Sequence record: MH791404.1
Strand: one strand, 5' to 3'
DNA: 64,000 bases
The notes beneath the pieces are model-generated. The model had not been told where the DNA came from and did not search any database. It was given only the letters and a program-made list of their open reading frames with translations. Made by a program: the position numbers and the translations under genes. This document shows positions 30,892 through 41,162 of this stretch, piece after piece; within the stretch, counting starts at the first letter, position 1; every line of letters starts with the position of its first letter.

Positions 30892-31875
30892 TCAGAAACT
30901 AAACACCACGTTAAATTCTTCCGTTTGATCTCTAGAACGAATTACAGGTTGTCTATTATCCATATAGATAATATTCCCACTATGTCTTTCTAACTGAGAT
31001 GGATCATAACTGAGTGCAGTTGCTTTTACATCCGGATCTGCTGGTGTATTTTTAACCAAAAGTGGATTATTTATAATCCCCATCTGCCGAAAACCAGTGT
31101 TACCGATTTTACTTGATGCGGGGAAATTATAACTATCAAAATATGATCTAAACCTAAGTGTATTACATTTTATTCTACCAATAAGGTTATAATCATTTGG
31201 ATACCAAGTTATAACGTGTTGGTATCCCCATACATCAGGAGATGTTTTTAGTTCATCTGGAGTTGGTACTACGATATATTCATTTGAACAATCGTTTATC
31301 GCAACGTCGGTTGGTATTGTGTATAGGTATTCCCATATATAACCATCTTGCATGTTTACGCCATCAGAACGTCCTATCGGGAGTATGCTGAATATTGATG
31401 GAGTCCATTTACCACCAACTTTCAAACACTCTTCCTTGTCTTTAATGGTTTGAATTGAACACATACCATCTGATGGTACATCAACACAACGATATACCAT
31501 CCACCCAGATCCAATTTCAGTTGTATTATACGGGGCTGAGTTGGTAACTACAATGTCACCGATATGGAAAGTGTATGGGTCTGCATATCTCTGGTCCCCC
31601 CAATCCTTACGGGGCACTACTGGACGAATAAGCTCTTTTTGGATCTTAACAGCTCCCAGCATTCTAGACCAAACATCAGAATACCCCTCTGACGTATCAT
31701 CGGGATATGGTGGTGCAAATTTTGGGTCTGATTCATTATCAGCCCATGCTTCACTTCTCCCGAAATATGCATAGAGGGTATTTTGTGTATTACCATCTCC
31801 GATAAGAGAATAAAAGTTTAAAAGGTTAGCGACCCGAAAGTCGCTAGTAACCATTGCTCTATAAATCACTGACAT
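30892..31875 (-). CDS. 8: Baseplate wedge gp8
   Basis: MSVIYRAMVTSDFR, FGRSEAW, PRKDWGD, GWMVYRCVDVP, DGYIWEYLYTIP. Confidence 0.97.
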   Translation of the reverse strand: MSVIYRAMVTSDFRVANLLNFYSLIGDGNTQNTLYAYFGRSEAWADNESDPKFAPPYPDDTSEGYSDVWSRMLGAVKIQKELIRPVVPRKDWGDQRYADPYTFHIGDIVVTNSAPYNTTEIGSGWMVYRCVDVPSDGMCSIQTIKDKEECLKVGGKWTPSIFSILPIGRSDGVNMQDGYIWEYLYTIPTDVAINDCSNEYIVVPTPDELKTSPDVWGYQHVITWYPNDYNLIGRIKCNTLRFRSYFDSYNFPASSKIGNTGFRQMGIINNPLLVKNTPADPDVKATALSYDPSQLERHSGNIIYMDNRQPVIRSRDQTEEFNVVFSF

Positions 31876-34800
31876 TATTGTTCTACCTTAACTTGGGTAG
31901 GTGGTACTGGCACAAGGAGTTTACTTACATCACGAGGATTGCCTATATCATCCTTAAGCCGTTTTTCTGACAACCGTTTAAGGTCAGAATACCTACTACT
32001 GAAATCGCTAAACAGGGGACTACCATCAAGCCTACGTGCCGATGGGGTATAAACAACACCGTCAACAGTCCAGTTCTGTTCATCTTGGTCATAATTCCTG
32101 ACCTCAAATACATTACCGGTACTTGTATCAATTGCGTTATTCCACTCAGACACATCAAATGGCGTTTGTGGTTGTTCCACTTCCATTAATTCCCCAGTTA
32201 TCGGGTCGAATAGAGGTACTGGATCTGTAAACGAACCATTGGGGTCTGGTACTGTTCTATATTTAGGGGTTAGGCTAGGTAAACCAGAATCCCACCGATA
32301 TGATTTATTTATATCGACGATAGTCTCTATGTGTTTCATAGAAATACCCCCGTTAACCATAACAGTTAGTAGAGTAATACCAACAAATCCAAATCCAACT
32401 GGATGAACAAACCGAATAACATCATCCTTATACCGAGATGTGTTCAATTCAGAACGAATTCTCATCATATAGTAAGATCTGTTTCTGTTTATATAATCTA
32501 TGTCGGAATATGCTAGCTCTTTACCCTTAACTCCCCGAGTAACTTCACCAACAAAAGAACTAGATTCAGATTTTATTTCTTGCCCAACTTCCAACTTCCC
32601 AATAAGGTTATGAATCGTTATTTTCCATCTTAATTGACCATCAACAAACTGACGTTCAATATAGGTAACGTTGGCTCGACCAGTTTTGGTAAATATCGTT
32701 CTTCCAACAAGATCAGTACTGATATTAGACGACTTAACCAGTATATCATAATCTATCCCAACTTGAGATTCGATTTCAATATCTACATCGGCATCATATA
32801 GCAGTTTGAACAAGAACTTATAACTATCCAGAGTTCCCTTTGAGCTATAAAAGTTATTGGCGTTGGCTTCGAAGAATTTAACAACCTCATCTCTCTTGTT
32901 TTGGTCTAGATATATATTTCGTCGTCTCATCTCAGACCACAAAAATACAAAAGAATCTTTCTCTCTCGGGTATTTTAGTTTGATGAAATTGAGAAGTTTA
33001 CCATACATCGAATCAGTACCTTCTGATAGGAATTGAAGATAATATTCAGCAAACTTAGAGTAATTTGAGTCGTTGAAATAATGTTCAGGTCCCATAATTC
33101 TCAACATAGGTGCGATATTTGGATCAATTATACCTGTATCATCCTTCTTCTCTTCAACAACTTCTCTTTCTTGGTTTATCAAAGAAGCTTGCAACGCGAT
33201 ATATTCTGGTCTCCAAAATACAGATGCTTCATCCCTAACACGATAAGGGAACTCATAGTATCCAAATATCTCCCCACCAAGACCATTCTCTCTATTGTAG
33301 GCAGTGTGAATCAAAATACCGTTACAATACTTACTAAAGTTTTTGAAATTGATATTGTTCAGATAAAATTTTACAGAACCTTTATTCCAAACTTCTTTGT
33401 TATATTCCCGTGTAGGGTCTATGTTATATTGGTATTTGGTGGAAGGTGTTATAAGAACTATTCGGTTTTCATGGTTTTTCCAAACCCTCTCCCCAGTCAT
33501 AGCCATATAATCAAACCCAGCCTCGTTATAATATCTAGCTGGTCTTAAGGAGAAAACATCACCATCTTCGGTTTCCCATTGATACATGAAAACTTTCTTT
33601 TCACTAAGATATCCAAAATCGGAACTGTATTTTACCGCATAGGTCACATCATCCGGGTATTTATTAACGGTATCAAGATCTTCGATAGTATTGGTGTATT
33701 TATAAGTTGCACCGGATACAAATAATTTAGTACCATCAACACTCATATCGGAATATTTGTGTTCGATATTATACCGTTCATCCTCAGTATTTCCAAACAC
33801 TCTTTCCCATGACCCACCATCCGGAACAGAAGGCTTTACTATCTGCCCATCTTCTTGGTAAAGGTCAAAAATATTAGGATATGCAAAATCATCAACAAAC
33901 CGACTATATTTCACCGGGTCTACTATCTTTTGTACTGGATCGGAATAGATATCAGCAATAAACTCAAACGAGTCATGGCTATCACTTGGTACAAAGTTGA
34001 CTTTCATTTGCATTCCATGGGTTCTACCTTGGAATACTCTAGATTCCCATCTAGTAGAAACTTTACCAACGTGTGTACCGTCAGGAAGGAAAGTTACCAT
34101 CTCACGACCAACGTCAATACCATTTACAAAATTAATATCTTCTGTTGGGTCGGAGAAATTCATATTTCCCAACATGAAATCTTCTTTCTTGTATTTTTCG
34201 TTGAGGCGATATACACCAGAATATACAGATTTCTTTACGTTTTTCGGATCTCTTTTATCTTTCCCTGCATCTACTTCACCGGATACCAGCGCATAACAAA
34301 CCTCGTTAAGTACATCCATTTTCTTAACTACTACGTTTGGATTATCACAGATCGTAAAGACTTCCGGATCCCATATGATATTACCTTCGCTATCGGTTGG
34401 ACCACCAGATACACGTATACGTCTAGCAACACCATTTGCAGCGGCATATAGCCACATATTAGAGGACGTTTGAGATTCTACTTTTCTTCTGATATCGTCT
34501 GGGTACTTGGCAAAAGTCCCAAAGAACATAGTAGGAAATGGGATAGACGAATCAGTATCCATCTTAACAAATGTAAGCTGATCATCCGACCAAAAATGAA
34601 GGTCTGAGCTAAATCTTACTTCATCAACATTTCGTCCGTAAAAAGCAAAATCATAACCAAGAAGGAAAGATGTATTCCTGTTTTGGCTCATTACGGTATT
34701 ACCGGTTGGATATCCAACGCGATCAGAAATAGCTTGGTAGTAATACCAGTTCTGCCCACCGTCATTAGTTACCTTACAGTAGTTTTGATATTTTTCAAAT

Positions 34801-35378
34801 GCGTATACAACACGACGGTTTGCGCCAAGGTAAACGCTATTAATATCCCGACAAATTTTTGATACAGAACCCAAAATCTCATGGTATTCATCGTCACTAG
34901 TAACAAAATTTTCTATATTCGTGACGTTTGAGATACTAGGATCGTATATAAAGTTTTCATTCATCAAACTAGCCTGAATCACATCACTATTGAGGTTGAT
35001 ATAATCCATCTTGTTTTTATGCAACTTCATATCAATAAACTTAAACGATGGAATGAATTTCTCCATGGTAGTTATTTGATATGCGTTTGTTGTGAATGAT
35101 TCTATTACATCACTAACAACCCAATCAGACGGCTCCAAACCGGGATGAGTTGTAGATATTCTAAATTTATATTTTGTATCTGGAATGAGAGATGAACTGA
35201 AAAATTCGGGGGAATATTCCACCCCCAATTGTGTCCAACTATCTACCCCAGTACCTGAAACGATGGTGTATTCGACAATATAAAAATAGTTCGAACCTAC
35301 ATCATCCCATTTTAGGTGAACGAAGTTCGCGCCGAGCATGGCGACGCGAAGACTTGTTATTGTTGGAGCTTTTATCAT
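31875..35378 (-). CDS. 7: Baseplate wedge initiator gp7
   Basis: MIKAPTITSLRV..L.ANFVHLKWDDVGSNYFY, SKGTLDSYKFLFKLLY, RFVHPVGFGF. Confidence 0.96.
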   Translation of the reverse strand: MIKAPTITSLRVAMLGANFVHLKWDDVGSNYFYIVEYTIVSGTGVDSWTQLGVEYSPEFFSSSLIPDTKYKFRISTTHPGLEPSDWVVSDVIESFTTNAYQITTMEKFIPSFKFIDMKLHKNKMDYINLNSDVIQASLMNENFIYDPSISNVTNIENFVTSDDEYHEILGSVSKICRDINSVYLGANRRVVYAFEKYQNYCKVTNDGGQNWYYYQAISDRVGYPTGNTVMSQNRNTSFLLGYDFAFYGRNVDEVRFSSDLHFWSDDQLTFVKMDTDSSIPFPTMFFGTFAKYPDDIRRKVESQTSSNMWLYAAANGVARRIRVSGGPTDSEGNIIWDPEVFTICDNPNVVVKKMDVLNEVCYALVSGEVDAGKDKRDPKNVKKSVYSGVYRLNEKYKKEDFMLGNMNFSDPTEDINFVNGIDVGREMVTFLPDGTHVGKVSTRWESRVFQGRTHGMQMKVNFVPSDSHDSFEFIADIYSDPVQKIVDPVKYSRFVDDFAYPNIFDLYQEDGQIVKPSVPDGGSWERVFGNTEDERYNIEHKYSDMSVDGTKLFVSGATYKYTNTIEDLDTVNKYPDDVTYAVKYSSDFGYLSEKKVFMYQWETEDGDVFSLRPARYYNEAGFDYMAMTGERVWKNHENRIVLITPSTKYQYNIDPTREYNKEVWNKGSVKFYLNNINFKNFSKYCNGILIHTAYNRENGLGGEIFGYYEFPYRVRDEASVFWRPEYIALQASLINQEREVVEEKKDDTGIIDPNIAPMLRIMGPEHYFNDSNYSKFAEYYLQFLSEGTDSMYGKLLNFIKLKYPREKDSFVFLWSEMRRRNIYLDQNKRDEVVKFFEANANNFYSSKGTLDSYKFLFKLLYDADVDIEIESQVGIDYDILVKSSNISTDLVGRTIFTKTGRANVTYIERQFVDGQLRWKITIHNLIGKLEVGQEIKSESSSFVGEVTRGVKGKELAYSDIDYINRNRSYYMMRIRSELNTSRYKDDVIRFVHPVGFGFVGITLLTVMVNGGISMKHIETIVDINKSYRWDSGLPSLTPKYRTVPDPNGSFTDPVPLFDPITGELMEVEQPQTPFDVSEWNNAIDTSTGNVFEVRNYDQDEQNWTVDGVVYTPSARRLDGSPLFSDFSSRYSDLKRLSEKRLKDDIGNPRDVSKLLVPVPPTQVKVEQ

Positions 35379-35380
35379 TT

Positions 35381-37336
35381 TTAAATTACCACCGAGTTCA
35401 TTTCAATTGTTGTGTATTGAGGACGTAGGTTATTCTCAAAAACGATCAATGTACCATCTGACGGGAATATATTAAGTGAAGTTGGTTCACTATGTAATTC
35501 AATATATGCCGCAATAAACTGATCTGGATCTTTATTGAGAACGCCAAGGTCGAATGTGATTTGGTCTATTTCATAATTTATAGATCCAACTACATAGTAT
35601 TTACTGCGCCCATCAATTTCTTTCCTATCAAAGTCGCTTCCGGTATATTCTTGAACACCAGATATATGACCAGCAGCAAAGGGTCCAACCAACATCAACC
35701 CAGTATTTTCGCTGTGTACCCCAGACGGATCAGGAATATCGTTCTTCTTAGTACCAACATAATGAACATCATAACTTGTTGTTGTGTTATGGATATATTT
35801 TATTTCGGTGCTATAGATAGAGCCTTCAACTAGGTCGTTATTGTACTGAATACCATTCATCGGACTAACTAGATAGTTGTCTATTTCTCGAACAAGTCCA
35901 ATTTTTGTTTCAGTACCAAGAATAGACACATCAGTATTATCAATACGACTGTTCATTTTGGATGTATAGAAACCAGCGTTGAAGATTTCAACCTCTTCCG
36001 TATAATAACGGTCTATGGAATTCAAGATCTGACCTTGTAACCATTCTTCTGTTTGTGGGAGTTGGTTTATTGCGTAGGTAACCTTGGCATTGGTTTTCAC
36101 ATACATATAATTTGGACTATGAACAACCGGCGTAATCGTACTAACGTTAAACGGTCTCAGATAGTTTTGGATGTCTTCTTTCTGCACAGTAGTCAGATAT
36201 AAACCATCTTGAGGCTTTATCGCAATGAATGCATAACCCGGCTTTTCTGGGTTGGTATAACACTGGATAGCCTGAACGATATTTCCAAATCGACTAGATA
36301 TGAAAGTTTCGTAGTCGGAAGCAGTAACACAACGACGCTGTGTCTCTCTCATTACCGGACCTAGTGAACGAATACGTTCTATATCCTCAACTTCACCACC
36401 ACCAATAGATCCGACATAATTCACATCGTTGATTCCGTCAGGATGAGTTGGGTTTTCTCTAATCTCTTCAACAACCAAGTTAGGAATTGTATCCACATAA
36501 TCAAAACCACGAGAACCATTAGCGGCGGTTCCTTTGGTGCTTATATATTCCAAAACGATGGTATCCCCTACAGAAGGCTTTAAACCACCAACGTAGTTAC
36601 TGCGGAGCATACCGTTAGTATCAACGGTAGAGTCGCCTTCCCCGAAATATATTTCAGTGAAACTATCAATTGTTTCTCGTTGATAAAAAACAGTCGAAGT
36701 ACCACCAACACGAACAATCGGTTTATTAGACCAGTCTTCCCATTTAGCCCCATTCACATAAACGTTAACATATCTACGGTCAATATTTGGATCCTGAATT
36801 ACAATAGTTCCATCCTGTCCAAACGTCATTTGGTTTCTGATAATTCTACCTTGAACCAAGTTAAGATCGGTAATATATCGTTTATCTATACCACGTATTA
36901 CCTCAACGTCTTCCCAAGTGACATAATCATAAAATTCAACTTCTTCAATAGAAGCAGTAAATTTAGTACCCTTCGGAATTGTAATAGAACGAGGACTACT
37001 ATCAATCGGGCTATAATACGCTTGGATCTGTATCATATTAGTACTAGCACTCATACCCCAAGGCATATATCCATTATCTTGTGCGTGTTGAACCACAGAA
37101 GAACGAAGGCGGGCAGTTTGGTTGTACCCTTCAAATAAAGCCCCGTTCGCAAATTGCTGATGATACAGCATAGCATAAGCCATAGATTCGATTAGAACAG
37201 TCAATCTTGACCCTTCAAAATCATAATCTTTAAATTCATATTGGTTTTTAAAGAAATCCCGTAATCTGGTTTTGAAACCTTCAAAGGTACTCTCTTTGAA
37301 TACGTTTGGGATTTCAACTGAGTTAATATTAGCCAT
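35381..37336 (-). CDS. 6: Baseplate wedge gp6
   Basis: DYDFEGSRL, TARLRSSVVQHAQDNGY, RCVTASDYETF, KPGYAFIAIKP. Confidence 0.97.
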   Translation of the reverse strand: MANINSVEIPNVFKESTFEGFKTRLRDFFKNQYEFKDYDFEGSRLTVLIESMAYAMLYHQQFANGALFEGYNQTARLRSSVVQHAQDNGYMPWGMSASTNMIQIQAYYSPIDSSPRSITIPKGTKFTASIEEVEFYDYVTWEDVEVIRGIDKRYITDLNLVQGRIIRNQMTFGQDGTIVIQDPNIDRRYVNVYVNGAKWEDWSNKPIVRVGGTSTVFYQRETIDSFTEIYFGEGDSTVDTNGMLRSNYVGGLKPSVGDTIVLEYISTKGTAANGSRGFDYVDTIPNLVVEEIRENPTHPDGINDVNYVGSIGGGEVEDIERIRSLGPVMRETQRRCVTASDYETFISSRFGNIVQAIQCYTNPEKPGYAFIAIKPQDGLYLTTVQKEDIQNYLRPFNVSTITPVVHSPNYMYVKTNAKVTYAINQLPQTEEWLQGQILNSIDRYYTEEVEIFNAGFYTSKMNSRIDNTDVSILGTETKIGLVREIDNYLVSPMNGIQYNNDLVEGSIYSTEIKYIHNTTTSYDVHYVGTKKNDIPDPSGVHSENTGLMLVGPFAAGHISGVQEYTGSDFDRKEIDGRSKYYVVGSINYEIDQITFDLGVLNKDPDQFIAAYIELHSEPTSLNIFPSDGTLIVFENNLRPQYTTIEMNSVVI

Positions 37337-37757
37337 TTGATAGTTCCATTTTTAGTTCAACAACAGTTGATAAATTTGTGATAAGAGAATAATAAATAGA
37401 AACTATATATTCGTTTCTGTCGTATAAAGGAACGACTTGTACCTGCCTCAATTTTACACGAGGTTCATAGTTTCTTATTGCATCATATATACTTCGTTCA
37501 ACCGCACTAGTTGACGCATCATTCATTAATTCAAATAGTTCTGCACTAATATCACAGCCGAAATCAGGATCAAACGGTTTTTCACGCTTCCTAGTTGCTA
37601 TAATACCAGCCATTGACAATTGCACAGCACCGATGTTCTGTGTCATAAGAACATCGTTTGTCTTTATATCACGACGAAAATTAGGGTCTATATCTGTATA
37701 ATAGACAGTTTTCTCGTTGGTGATAATTTTTAATCTGTTTCCAAAAAATCCAGCCAT
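37329..37757 (-). CDS. 25: Baseplate wedge gp25
   Basis: YTDIDPNF, GIIATRKREKPFDPDFGC, AIRNYEPRV; GAGG RBS before ATG 37757. Confidence 0.95.
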   Translation of the reverse strand: MAGFFGNRLKIITNEKTVYYTDIDPNFRRDIKTNDVLMTQNIGAVQLSMAGIIATRKREKPFDPDFGCDISAELFELMNDASTSAVERSIYDAIRNYEPRVKLRQVQVVPLYDRNEYIVSIYYSLITNLSTVVELKMELSNG

Positions 37758-37765
37758 AATAAACC

Positions 37766-38068
37766 TCAAACAACAAATACATTAGATGAACATTCCACAA
37801 TAACTTCCCCTTCTGTACAAAGATCTGCTAATTGCGCAACCCGTTTCCCTTCGATGAATACTTTCGCGCTACTGGCGATAACAAGTCCAGACTTCGGACT
37901 TGGGTCATCACCGGGCTTTATGTGAGTAATCACCCTATCATCTTCTCTAACTAGAATTTGTTTTCCGTTAGCAAAAACCGTAGTTGTGGTTCCAATAACC
38001 TGACTTGGTAACCAAGGCCCCGGCCCAACAGTTTTTGCGCCATTTAATACTAAACCTGCCATTTTCAT
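37766..38068 (-). CDS. 5.4: PAAR-type spike tip gp5.4
   Basis: About 100 aa; VFANGK, H.KP, SSAKVFIEGKRVAQLAD, SSNVF. Confidence 0.85.
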   Translation of the reverse strand: MKMAGLVLNGAKTVGPGPWLPSQVIGTTTTVFANGKQILVREDDRVITHIKPGDDPSPKSGLVIASSAKVFIEGKRVAQLADLCTEGEVIVECSSNVFVV

Positions 38069-38577
38069 ATCCCCAATTTTGGAAAAGGCCCAGACGAAGA
38101 TACATACGCTCTAAATTTTACAACCCAACCATCAAAAGAACCTATGATAGTCATATTTATAGAATCCCTAACTGTTTTTCTAACTGGTAGTACAGGATCT
38201 GTAATATCGTCATAAACCAATGTCTGTGTATAAGTAACAACCTTTTTTAATTCGCTTGGTGGATTAAATGCTATGAGGTCACAAGTAGTTGGTTCTGGTA
38301 AAGAAGAGAACGAATTTGTTTGTGATATCTGTAGAGATGTCCTATCTCTATACTTTAGAACCAAATCTACTTTCCCATCAAAATAGTCATTGACTTTCCC
38401 ATGCAATCTGTTACCATCAAGAAAAATTCCATCTGGTGATAGGTCTTCTGACGGAACCACCGTAAAACTCACCAGTTGTTCAGATGCGGTTAGTGTATAG
38501 CTAAACAAGCTATCCACAGAAGTTTCTCCATCAAAAATGGTTGACTTCCAGTTGGTAGGTGTGTTAATTTGTGCCAT
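38065..38577 (-). CDS. 5.1: gp5.1-like baseplate protein
   Basis: NRLHG, LKYR, PVRKT...IIG..W..KFRAYV as in T4 gp5.1; GGAGG RBS. Confidence 0.75.
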   Translation of the reverse strand: MAQINTPTNWKSTIFDGETSVDSLFSYTLTASEQLVSFTVVPSEDLSPDGIFLDGNRLHGKVNDYFDGKVDLVLKYRDRTSLQISQTNSFSSLPEPTTCDLIAFNPPSELKKVVTYTQTLVYDDITDPVLPVRKTVRDSINMTIIGSFDGWVVKFRAYVSSSGPFPKLGI

Positions 38578-38636
38578 ATAAAAATCCTCCATTATGGAGT
38601 ATTTAGGGTTGTTCATATAAAATAGAGGGTAAAAAT

Positions 38637-39002
38637 ATGTTGATGTACAATAAATTCAAATTCAAAAACGAAGAAGCAATGGAAAAATTTATCCAGCTTG
38701 GAAAAAAAGATGGCAACGAGGAAAATAATCGCACCATAGTGGAAACACTTGGTATGGATATCTTTTTTGTAGATGAAAAACAGGTAAATGGGATACATAA
38801 AATAGAGGGATATGAAAAGCTCAATGAATTCAGCCCAATTTTAACTTTACAAGAAATGCAAGAATGCCTTATGATAGTAGAATCAGATGATGAATCATAT
38901 GAACCTCCGAAGGTAAACAAAACCAAAAATGATTTATTGGTTTTGCGCAAAGAATTGATGAAGCAAGTACATCGAATTGACGAGATGTTGGAATCTCTAT
39001 AA
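38637..39002 (+). CDS. Hypothetical protein, antisense insertion in baseplate cluster
   Basis: 121 aa; GAGGG RBS; opposite strand to neighbours. Confidence 0.75.
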   Translation: MLMYNKFKFKNEEAMEKFIQLGKKDGNEENNRTIVETLGMDIFFVDEKQVNGIHKIEGYEKLNEFSPILTLQEMQECLMIVESDDESYEPPKVNKTKNDLLVLRKELMKQVHRIDEMLESL

Positions 39003-39013
39003 GGAAAATAAAT

Positions 39014-39289
39014 ATGAAACTAATTTATGTAGGAACTAATTTTGCTGGTTTTAAAGAAAATCAGGTTCATAATTTTCGAGTTCGTCGAGAACTAAAAAAC
39101 TTTATCGAAAAGAACTTTGATAAAGTTGAAGACGAAGAACTTCTGATGGAAGTAAAGATGAAAGAAACCATTTATTGGGATTTCTGTCCATTTGAAATTG
39201 ATGTAGGTGGCGGCACTCTATCTTTTGTGTGGGGACTTGAAAAAGAAGCACTCCAAGAATATATCAAACGAAGTGCAGACGACATCTAA
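39014..39289 (+). CDS. Hypothetical protein
   Basis: 91 aa; AAGGA RBS. Confidence 0.75.
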   Translation: MKLIYVGTNFAGFKENQVHNFRVRRELKNFIEKNFDKVEDEELLMEVKMKETIYWDFCPFEIDVGGGTLSFVWGLEKEALQEYIKRSADDI

Positions 39290-39292
39290 AAC

Positions 39293-39321
39293 AAAAGGGA
39301 TCCCGATTTGGGATCCCTTTT
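39293..39321. terminator. Bidirectional terminator
   Basis: AAAAGGGATCCC-GATTT-GGGATCCCTTTT; near-identical to 62986-63014. Confidence 0.85.
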
Positions 39322-39323
39322 CG

Positions 39324-41162
39324 TTAGTTAATACTAACAGTAGAACCACTAATCTCGGTCGTACCTTGAGAGGTAATAAGAGATTGAGCAGCTTGCGATT
39401 TATAGTCACCAGATACAGTAACTGTATAATCACCAAAAACATTAAGGTTCATATCACCTTCTACGTTCTCGTTGCAATTACCTTGAACTGTTGCAGTTAA
39501 ATTCCCTTCTATATCACTAACAACACTACCACCGACAGATAGGGTCACATCAGCGTCTATACGCGATTCTAAGCCACCGTTAACAGTTTGCTTAACGTTC
39601 CCCTTCACCGACTGTTCAACGTTACCATAAACCGATTCAGATACGTTTCCTTTGACAACCTGAGTCAAGTTTCCATCAACTTGCTGGGTACAGTTACCCA
39701 TAACGTATACAGTCGCGTTACCTTCAACAACTACCTGATAATCACCCTTTACGTTGATCATCCGGTTTGCCATATCGATAACATAGTCATCACCCATAAC
39801 TTTGTTTACTTGACGACCACCACCAGAAATCTCAATATACGTCCCTGATGTATGTTTCAGGTTATATCGTTCTTTCCCCGGAGTATCATCAAATTCCTGA
39901 ATATGACCACTCTCCGATTCATATACATGGTTATATGGGTATTCAGCAGCATATGCGCTAGGTGGTTCTTCGAAAAGAAGACCATCAGTACGAGGTGGTG
40001 GTGGAACGGACGGATCATCTGGGTCTACTTCGTCAGCAAAAACAACCGGAGAGGACAATGCCATAATAGAACGCTTCATTCTCCCAGATATTGGGATAAT
40101 AGGCGGTTCCTCTGGTTTTGGTTTTACTCCATAAGACTCTAGGTTTCCGGTTAAAATAATCTTGGCAACCCGATTCGCTCGACCCGGAGTTTGTCTAGCC
40201 CAAAGAGAGTCGAGCATACCATTATATGCATCTCGCCAACGTTCTTCATACATAGCGTTTAGTGTATTTTTGAATTTCGCTAATCCGCCAGCCCCCATCT
40301 GAAACGCCATATTTTCTAAAGCCATTTGACGACTTCTATTTTCTTTGACGTAGACACGACGTATATTTTCGAATCTCATCATATCAGCACGAGTCTTTTG
40401 GATATCCTCGTTAAACAGCTTTGTAACGTCTTCTGGGGAGATCACACCCCCTTGTACAGGATGACCCAACTGTTGGGTTAGAATCGCATCTATACGGGCT
40501 ACGTTTCGTGTATTCTCATGTATGATTAGATGACCAATACCTATGGTTGGATATCCAAGAGAATCGAGATACCATTTGTTCCTAACCCCTTCGTCCCCCT
40601 TCAACATTTTTTCAATTGTGAAATCCGGATCGTCATCTGCGATTGCATCGTCAAATGATTTGTCATCAGGGGCTAATGCACCAGAAGTATTTTCATCCTG
40701 AGTATAAACCGATAACGGCTTTCCATCAATAGACACCGGGGCAGTTCCATGAATACCAGCCCCTTTTTGTCCACCACCGGCTAATATATTAACGTCGTTA
40801 CCAATATAACGAGGGTATTGACCTGTTGGGTCACAGAATCCCCGTAGAGTATTTGGTTTTTGGACATAAGATCCGGGGATAGAAAAAAGTATTAAACCAT
40901 CCTGTTTAAATTCATCCTTGAAAACCCCCATAACCCACACACCCTCTACTAGGTTTGTTGGGCTATTTCCCACACCAGATATAGAGGCTGAATCCGTTGA
41001 CGTGGCACAGCGCATCCAAAGAAGTTCATCAGTAGGTATACCGATTAAATCATCTTTTGATTTTTGATCAGTATGATATCCCATCACACGAACTCTATAT
41101 CTCCCTTGACTAAGAGGATCAAACCGATCCTCTACAACTCCAAAAAAGAATTCAAATTTCAT
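39324..41162 (-). CDS. 5: Baseplate hub / tail lysozyme gp5
   Basis: FFGVVEDRFDPLSQGRYRVRVMG (OB fold), T4-lysozyme domain DEG..D..GYPTIGIGHL, EYPYNHVYESESGHIQEFDDTPG, 8-residue beta-helix repeats. Confidence 0.98.
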   Translation of the reverse strand: MKFEFFFGVVEDRFDPLSQGRYRVRVMGYHTDQKSKDDLIGIPTDELLWMRCATSTDSASISGVGNSPTNLVEGVWVMGVFKDEFKQDGLILFSIPGSYVQKPNTLRGFCDPTGQYPRYIGNDVNILAGGGQKGAGIHGTAPVSIDGKPLSVYTQDENTSGALAPDDKSFDDAIADDDPDFTIEKMLKGDEGVRNKWYLDSLGYPTIGIGHLIIHENTRNVARIDAILTQQLGHPVQGGVISPEDVTKLFNEDIQKTRADMMRFENIRRVYVKENRSRQMALENMAFQMGAGGLAKFKNTLNAMYEERWRDAYNGMLDSLWARQTPGRANRVAKIILTGNLESYGVKPKPEEPPIIPISGRMKRSIMALSSPVVFADEVDPDDPSVPPPPRTDGLLFEEPPSAYAAEYPYNHVYESESGHIQEFDDTPGKERYNLKHTSGTYIEISGGGRQVNKVMGDDYVIDMANRMINVKGDYQVVVEGNATVYVMGNCTQQVDGNLTQVVKGNVSESVYGNVEQSVKGNVKQTVNGGLESRIDADVTLSVGGSVVSDIEGNLTATVQGNCNENVEGDMNLNVFGDYTVTVSGDYKSQAAQSLITSQGTTEISGSTVSIN

